Origin: Eubacteriales bacterium
Lineage (GTDB): Bacteria > Bacillota > Clostridia > Oscillospirales > CAG-272
Direction of reading: 5' to 3'
DNA: 33,066 nt
NCBI GenBank assembly: GCA_045533315.1
Contig: JAZSHN010000101.1
Coordinates: 1 to 33,066, forward strand
Shown here: piece after piece, positions 27,299-33,066 of the stretch
Numbering within the stretch: the first letter of the stretch is position 1
Layout of the letters: each line of letters starts with the position of its first letter
The notes under the pieces: model-generated
Databases searched by the model: none
What the model was told of the DNA's origin: nothing
Seen by the model: only the letters and a program-made list of their open reading frames with translations
Made by a program: the position numbers and the translations under genes

Positions 27299-27444
27299 GA
27301 GATTTTAAATATTTTGTCAAATATAACAAATCAATTCGTATTCTGTCACAAAACTTTTTGCCGTCCGCCCGCCAATGCGGCTTTGACGGGAGCGAGCAAC
27401 GCCCGCGCCAAGGGCGTATTCACCGCGGCACACTCCGACGTAAT

Positions 27445-27471
27445 AAAAAGCCCCTCGGTAATCCGAGGGGC
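27445..27471 (-). terminator. Intrinsic terminator after gene A
   Basis: The minus strand reads gcccctcgga-tta-ccgaggggc followed by TTTTT. Confidence 0.85.
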
Positions 27472-27485
27472 GAATCAAAGAAGAA

Positions 27486-30392
27486 TTATTCAAAGATTTT
27501 ATTAATGATTACCGCGATAATGGAGCTGACACCGCAATTGGCACGTACCGAGCCAACGGTAACGCCAATGCTTTCGATAACCTCTATCGTTGCGGTTGCG
27601 GCGGAGTTGTACGCCTCGTACTCCGCGTTAAAGTATTCCATTGCCTCCGCAACACCGTCGTAGGTAAGAACGGCATCCTTGCTGTAAGCATAGCAATTTA
27701 CGAGGGCGGCATATTTGTCCTCCTCGGTATCTGCGGTACGGAGAATTACAACCGCATCAAGGAAGCGAGTAGAGGATATTTCGCCCGTTTCAAAGTAATC
27801 GGTATGCTCGTCGAATACTGCGATAGCCTCCTTTGCGCCGGGGTAATTCGCATTGAGAGCAAAGTAGAAGCCGATTGCCTTGTCGTAAAGCTCGCGCTTT
27901 TCGTTGAAGTCGTTGCTTATACGCATCTTCTCTACAAGAGAAACGAAGTAGGAAGCATTCTGGTTAAGAACAATTTCGTAATCAACCTCTCTGAACGCAA
28001 GCTCCTCAAGCGCGGTCTCGTAGTTGGAAATGAGCGCAGCCATTTCGGGATTAGTTCTGTCGATATCGTTGCTCTCAAGGTATCTGGTGATATAGGAGAG
28101 CGTTCCGCTTTTTTCGATATAAGCGTCGTTGTTGTAGACGAAATCAAGTCTTGCGGCAATTTCCGCGATATGAACCTTCTGAAGAAGACCGTAGAAGTAT
28201 TCGTCCATCGGAGCGAATGCCTCCATCACCTTATCAACACCCTCGTAATCATAGTTATAGTAGTTCTCGGCAATCGTGCCTCTGATCATAATTACATAGG
28301 GATTGATATAATCGTAATTTGCCTCCCACTCGGACGGGTCAAATCTCGAAATAAGCTCGTAGCAGGAAATAATCTTCTGCGAGTTCTGGTCTCTTTCAAC
28401 GCCCTCTATTCTCGCGGCAGCGTGAGAGTAAAGCTCGTATGCGACTGCAAACGCCTCAAAGCCCTCAAGCTCTGTTTCCCTTGAGTCGAGAGGATAGGAT
28501 GCGTCGTTGAAGATTTGATATGCGAGGTTGTAGTATTTGCGAAGCGCGTTGAGCGTCTCAACCTTTGCATAAACCTCCATATACTTATTGAAAACGAGAA
28601 TATTTTCGTCAATGTAGCGGTTGCGCTGACACTTAACGTAATTTTCAAACGCCGCCCTGTAATCCTCGTTTTCGTCAATCAAGCCGTCCGTGGAAACTAT
28701 AAAGTCCTCTATCTTGGTAACCGCCTTTTTACGGTTATCGATGCTCGCGGCGGTAAGCTCGCGCGTGATTGCAAGTGCCTCGTTAACATACTGTATGAAC
28801 AGCTCGCGGTTAGAGATTTTGAGGTTTTCAACGAATGCGGTAGCGTCAAAGCCCACCATTTTCTCTACGGCAGCCTGAACCTCCGCGGTGAGTGCGGCAT
28901 AAGCCTCGTCGGTAAGCTCGCCCTGCTCGAACGGCTTGAAGCTTCCGTCCTCGTTGGTGTAATTTTTAAGCAATGCCTCCGCATTCTTCTTGGATTCATA
29001 TCTTCCAAGCGTATCGGTGCTTGCATCGTTGGTGTAGTAGTTAGCGTAGTAAACGAATCTTTCCTCGTCGGTCATTCTCTCAAACATACCGAGGTCGCGA
29101 AGCGCGGTGCCCTGATATACCTGAAGGTTATCGATGGACCATTCGCCGACGTTGGTGGCTGCGGAAAAACGAATATTCGTAAGTTCGTAGTGGAAGCCGA
29201 AAACCTTTCCGCTATACGTGCCGAGAAGCTCGTACTCGCAGTAAACGGAGTAGGTGAAATCGTCGGGGTTGAAGATTACGGTGTAGTGCATCCACTCGCC
29301 TTGTGTGATACTGTTTTGAAGAAGAACGCCCGCGGGGCCGTCCTTTCCGTCCTCGGTCTTGAAGAAGGATTTACCCGCATCGGGGCTGTCTTGCGAAATT
29401 TTTACCGTACCGTCAGTAAGTATTTTGAAATAGGAGGCATAAAGCTTCATTGAGTCACTGTCCCATTTCTCCTTAAGCTTGGAGGCATCTCCGTCGCCGA
29501 GAGCCTTGTGTCCTCCACCCTCAAGGTGGAAGCCTTCGCCCGCGACCATATCTCCAAAGGTTGTAAAGTCGAAATCTACAACGACGCCCTTTGCGGTAAA
29601 GCCGGAGGAGTAGCTCGACTGTACGTAGGTGTTGGTTCTTCCGCTGTTGCCCTCGTAATTGATGGTGAGATAGCCGTCCTGTGTCGTAACGGTGCTGCTA
29701 CCCTTGTTTCCCACAACCGTGAAGGGGTGAGAGCCGACGAAGTCGGTGTCGTACATCGTGGAAAGCTTATACGCATCGAGAGTACCGCCCGCAAGCATTG
29801 CCTGACGGTTTGCCTCTCTTGCCTCGTCCTGAAGCGCGATACGAGTCTGTGCCTCAAGCATCATAGCCTTGTACTCCTCGGACTCCGTGTCGCAAAAACC
29901 GCGCTTTACGAAGGCGTTGAAGTTGTTGATTGCGATCTGATTTCTTGCGGTGCTTGTAACCGTTTCGGAGGCAATTTCATCAAAAAACGCCTTCGCAACA
30001 GAAAGTGCGGCACCCTTAACGTCACCAATCTCCTGCTCCGCAATTTCATAAGCGGCGGAAATGGCGTTAAGCTTGTCAAACTCCCATTGGGCGGTAAGGG
30101 GAGCAGAAGCGTCGATAGCCGAACAAATGGTGGTAGCTACGTTAAGCGCAGCAGCCCGCGCAGAAGCTATCGAATCGGCATAACCCTCTGCCGCGGGGTC
30201 AACCGTGGGTATGTAGCTCGCAATATCCATAACGGCATTGTAGCCGTTGGGAGCCGTTTTAACGCCCTCGATTTTTGTGTTCAGCTCCTCTACCGTTCCC
30301 GTATAATCCTCTGCAAAGCCGCCGATAACAAGACCGAGGCAAAGCGCGGTAACGAGAAGCAAAAGAGCCGAAATCTTTTTCAAATTCTTCAT
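27486..30392 (-). CDS. Large secreted protein A (968 aa): signal peptide, helical region, ConA/LamG-like beta-sandwich and long helical C-terminal region
   Basis: MKNLKK-hydrophobic-GFA signal peptide; AAGGAG RBS. GEWMHYTVIF..YSVY...WSIDNLQVY is typical of ConA-like folds (inference). Confidence 0.9.
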   Translation of the reverse strand: MKNLKKISALLLLVTALCLGLVIGGFAEDYTGTVEELNTKIEGVKTAPNGYNAVMDIASYIPTVDPAAEGYADSIASARAAALNVATTICSAIDASAPLTAQWEFDKLNAISAAYEIAEQEIGDVKGAALSVAKAFFDEIASETVTSTARNQIAINNFNAFVKRGFCDTESEEYKAMMLEAQTRIALQDEAREANRQAMLAGGTLDAYKLSTMYDTDFVGSHPFTVVGNKGSSTVTTQDGYLTINYEGNSGRTNTYVQSSYSSGFTAKGVVVDFDFTTFGDMVAGEGFHLEGGGHKALGDGDASKLKEKWDSDSMKLYASYFKILTDGTVKISQDSPDAGKSFFKTEDGKDGPAGVLLQNSITQGEWMHYTVIFNPDDFTYSVYCEYELLGTYSGKVFGFHYELTNIRFSAATNVGEWSIDNLQVYQGTALRDLGMFERMTDEERFVYYANYYTNDASTDTLGRYESKKNAEALLKNYTNEDGSFKPFEQGELTDEAYAALTAEVQAAVEKMVGFDATAFVENLKISNRELFIQYVNEALAITRELTAASIDNRKKAVTKIEDFIVSTDGLIDENEDYRAAFENYVKCQRNRYIDENILVFNKYMEVYAKVETLNALRKYYNLAYQIFNDASYPLDSRETELEGFEAFAVAYELYSHAAARIEGVERDQNSQKIISCYELISRFDPSEWEANYDYINPYVIMIRGTIAENYYNYDYEGVDKVMEAFAPMDEYFYGLLQKVHIAEIAARLDFVYNNDAYIEKSGTLSYITRYLESNDIDRTNPEMAALISNYETALEELAFREVDYEIVLNQNASYFVSLVEKMRISNDFNEKRELYDKAIGFYFALNANYPGAKEAIAVFDEHTDYFETGEISSTRFLDAVVILRTADTEEDKYAALVNCYAYSKDAVLTYDGVAEAMEYFNAEYEAYNSAATATIEVIESIGVTVGSVRANCGVSSIIAVIINKIFE

Positions 30393-30427
30393 AGTAATCT
30401 CCTTAAAATCGATTCTACACTGCCAAC

Positions 30428-30456
30428 ATTATAGCATTAATATTTTAGCGTTTCAA
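30428..30456 (-). promoter_or_regulatory. sigmaA promoter of gene A
   Basis: TTGAAA-17-TATAAT with a TG extension. Confidence 0.75.
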
Positions 30457-30679
30457 CACTCGCGCGCAATATTTGTATATTTTGCCCGAAAAGTTCTACT
30501 ATTTTGATATATAGACAGCCAACCGCCAACCCTTGCGCTGCTCGTCAAAAAGGGGCGAATTTGCCTTTTCGGGCAGAGCAACCCATCGCCTTTTTCGGCA
30601 AGCAACGCCCGTGTCGCCGTGAAAGAACAAACGGCAATGGAAAAATTCGTTTCCGACAGTCTCGCGTCCTTCGTGCAGC

Positions 30680-30717
30680 AAAAACAACGACGGGGCAAAA
30701 AGTGCCTCCGCCGTTGT
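30680..30717 (-). terminator. Intrinsic terminator of comM
   Basis: The minus strand reads acaacggcggaggca-cttt-ttgccccgtcgttgt followed by TTTT. Confidence 0.7.
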
Positions 30718-30789
30718 CGGGAATTGTAAATAATCGTTTACTTTTTGTAGTATAAATTCAGCAAGCAAAGGCGCGAAATTTAACACGCC

Positions 30790-32337
30790 CTACCCTCTTT
30801 TCCAATATTTACGGTCAAGAGAACGGTACATTATTGCCTCTGCTATATGGTCCTCTCCGATAACCTGCGCACCGTCAAGGTCGGCAATTGTGCGGGCAAC
30901 GCGAAGCACTCTGTCGTGTCCTCTTGCCGAAAGACCGAGCTTTTCAAACGCCTCGCGCATAAGGCTTGACGCCTCGTCGGTAAGGACGCAATGGCGGCGA
31001 AGCATTTCGGTTGACATATTTGCGTTAAGCACGCCCGTTTTATCTCCCGCGGCGGCAAGACGCTTGTTGGTAAACTCTCTTGCGGAATTTACTCTCTTTC
31101 TTATATTCTCGCTCGGCTCGCCGTGTATTCCCTTTCCCGCAAGGTCGTTATAGGACACCGAGGGAAGCTCTATTTCAATATCTATTCGGTCAAGAAGCGG
31201 GCCCGAAACCTTTTCGAGATATTTCGCAATCGTCGCGGGGGTGCAGGAGCAGCGGCGGTTCGGGTCGCCGAAATATCCGCAACGGCAGGGGTTCATCGCG
31301 CAAACGAGCATAAACTTTGCGGGATAGGTAATCTTCGCGGCGGCGCGCGTAACGGTAACAACCCCGTCCTCCAGCGGCTGGCGAAGCCCCTCGGTTACCT
31401 GCTTTGAAAATTCGGGAAGCTCGTCAAGGAAAAGCACACCGTTGTGTGCGAGCGAAATTTCACCCGGGCGGGGATACGCACCTCCGCCGACAAGCCCCGG
31501 CATACTCACGGTATGGTGGGGCGAGCGAAACGGTCGTTCGGTTACGAGCCCCTTGCGAAGCTTTCCACTTACCGAGTGGATTTTCGTGGTTTCGAGCGCC
31601 TCCTCGAAATCCATATCGGGAAGGATTGAGGGCAAACGCTTTGCAAGCATCGACTTTCCCGTACCGGGAGGGCCAATCATAAGCACGTTGTGACCGCCCG
31701 CCGCCGCAACCTCAAGCGCGCGCTTTGCACGGAGCTGACCGCATACGTCGTAAAAGTCAAGCGTTTTTTCATGGCGGGAAAGGTCAAGCTCCGAAAAGCT
31801 CGTGGGGGTTGGCTCAATCGGGCTGTTACCCTTGAAATGCTCGACCGCCTGACGCAGGGTTTTCACCCCGAAAACGGTGATGCCCGAAACAACCGATGCC
31901 TCAAGCGCGTTGTCAAACGGGACGTAAATCTCCTTAAATCCGAGGTCACGGGCGGAAACCGCCATCGACAAAACGCCGCTTACCGCGCGAAGCTCGCCCG
32001 AGAGCGAAAGCTCGCCGACAACGCACTTGTCGGAAAAATCGTATTCGCGCGAAATAACGCCGTCGCTTTGCAAAATTGCAAGAATGATGGCAAGGTCAAA
32101 AACCGTACCCTCCTTTTTAACGTCGGCGGGCGCGAGGTTTATCATTATATCAAGCGCGGGAAAGACAAATCCGCTGTTTTCGCAGGCGGATTGCACGCGA
32201 TTTTTCGCCTCCTTTACCGCCGCATCGGGAAGTCCGACAAGCTCGAAGCGCGGCATTCTGTCCCATGCGCTGCACTCCACCGTTACCGAAAATCCGTCAA
32301 TACCCATAACTCCCGAGGAATAAATTTTAGATAGCAT
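30790..32337 (-). CDS. comM: YifB/ComM family Mg-chelatase-like AAA+ ATPase
   Basis: VGLPDAAVKE, NLAPAD, GELSLSG, GPPGTGKS, PFRSPHHT, LAHNGVLFLDE, AMNPCRCG and ARTIADL; the gene is intact. Confidence 0.96.
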   Translation of the reverse strand: MLSKIYSSGVMGIDGFSVTVECSAWDRMPRFELVGLPDAAVKEAKNRVQSACENSGFVFPALDIMINLAPADVKKEGTVFDLAIILAILQSDGVISREYDFSDKCVVGELSLSGELRAVSGVLSMAVSARDLGFKEIYVPFDNALEASVVSGITVFGVKTLRQAVEHFKGNSPIEPTPTSFSELDLSRHEKTLDFYDVCGQLRAKRALEVAAAGGHNVLMIGPPGTGKSMLAKRLPSILPDMDFEEALETTKIHSVSGKLRKGLVTERPFRSPHHTVSMPGLVGGGAYPRPGEISLAHNGVLFLDELPEFSKQVTEGLRQPLEDGVVTVTRAAAKITYPAKFMLVCAMNPCRCGYFGDPNRRCSCTPATIAKYLEKVSGPLLDRIDIEIELPSVSYNDLAGKGIHGEPSENIRKRVNSAREFTNKRLAAAGDKTGVLNANMSTEMLRRHCVLTDEASSLMREAFEKLGLSARGHDRVLRVARTIADLDGAQVIGEDHIAEAIMYRSLDRKYWKRG

Positions 32338-32373
32338 AAAGCACCCCGTTTTCGTCGTAAAGCTTTTTTATTC

Positions 32374-32402
32374 ATTATACTACCTTTTCGGGGATATTTC
32401 AA
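32374..32402 (-). promoter_or_regulatory. sigmaA promoter of comM
   Basis: TTGAAA-17-TATAAT. Confidence 0.7.
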
Positions 32403-32467
32403 TAGTGTTTTGCGCCTCTTTTACTTTTTTTCGCAAAGCCGCGACGCAAGGTTGCCTTTTCGGCTTG

Positions 32468-32496
32468 TTGACATATTTGAATTTTTGGGTTATAAT
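32468..32496 (+). promoter_or_regulatory. Consensus sigmaA promoter upstream of tcdA
   Basis: TTGACA-17-TATAAT. Confidence 0.8.
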
Positions 32497-32644
32497 AAAT
32501 CCGTAAGGACAACGCCCGACCTCTTTTGACACAAAAAACCGCAAAAACGCGACACGGGGTGGGGGCTTTGCAAGAATTTCAAACAAAATATCGTATTTTA
32601 AGCCAAGGGTGTGCTTTAAAAAACACATTCGGGCGGGAGAAAAA

Positions 32645-33066
32645 ATGCAGGATAATATGTTCACGAGGACGGAAATGCTCCTCGGCAAAGAAGGGTTAGA
32701 AAAAATCAAGGCGGCACACGTTGCCGTTTTCGGAGTAGGCGGAGTCGGCGGCTTTGCGGTGGAGGCTCTCGCGCGGGCGGGGGTCGGCAAAATCACCCTG
32801 ATTGACAGCGATACGGTATCACCCTCTAACATAAACAGACAAATAATAGCAACGCTAAAAACCGTCGGCAGGTATAAAACCGAGGTTGCGCGGGAAAGAA
32901 TAAAAGAGATAAACCCCGACTGCACGGTCGAGTGTCACAATATCTTTTATTCGGAGGAGAATACGGGCGGCATCAGCCTTTCGGCATTTGATTACGTCAT
33001 AGATGCAATCGATAGCGTAAGGGCAAAGCTTTTTCTTATCGAATCCGCCACGCGGGCGGGTGTACC
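32645..33066 (+). CDS. tcdA: tRNA threonylcarbamoyladenosine dehydratase (ThiF family), truncated by the window end
   Basis: Translated by hand: MQDNMFTRTEMLLGKEGLEKIKAAHVAVFGVGGVGGFAVEALARAGVG...SNINRQ...DYVIDAIDS. It is absent from the ORF track because there is no stop in the window. Confidence 0.92.
   Translation, partial: MQDNMFTRTEMLLGKEGLEKIKAAHVAVFGVGGVGGFAVEALARAGVGKITLIDSDTVSPSNINRQIIATLKTVGRYKTEVARERIKEINPDCTVECHNIFYSEENTGGISLSAFDYVIDAIDSVRAKLFLIESATRAGV

Noticed and set aside
24067-32337. Intact integrative element between the guaA and comM hotspots
   Set aside because: No integrase, no second GAGTGGGAATAA copy seen, and comM is uninterrupted.
32380-32925. 181-aa minus-strand ORF
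   Set aside because: It is antisense to tcdA and runs through promoters.

Overview
About 33 kb of mostly core chromosome from a spore-forming Clostridia-type Firmicute. The taxonomy is inferred from near-consensus sigmaA promoters, Rex, DnaD/DnaC, a coat-type protein and an Amidase_6 protein. The left edge holds the promoter and boxA leader of a probable rRNA operon transcribed out of the window. Next come small membrane and hypothetical genes, manA, DUF1385-prmC, ddl-murI, rbfA-rimI-tsaD-rex-dnaD-dnaC and a split cobalamin-dependent methionine synthase cluster (metF, activation subunit, metH). These are followed by a Doc toxin with a 35-aa mini-antitoxin, an M28 peptidase, a membrane-anchored secreted nuclease, an amidase and a GMP synthase lacking its glutaminase domain. 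The right end carries comM and the 5' part of tcdA. The most unusual feature is a tandem pair of large (~864 and 968 aa) secreted paralogues between guaA and comM. They have divergent beta-sandwich heads, a conserved helical stalk and a shared Cys-containing C-terminal motif (SVRANCGVSxIxAVIxxKI). One copy is interrupted by a single in-frame TGA followed by a SECIS-like hairpin. No CRISPR array, tRNA, integrase or transposase was seen. All family calls come from motif recognition by eye; no database searches were run.
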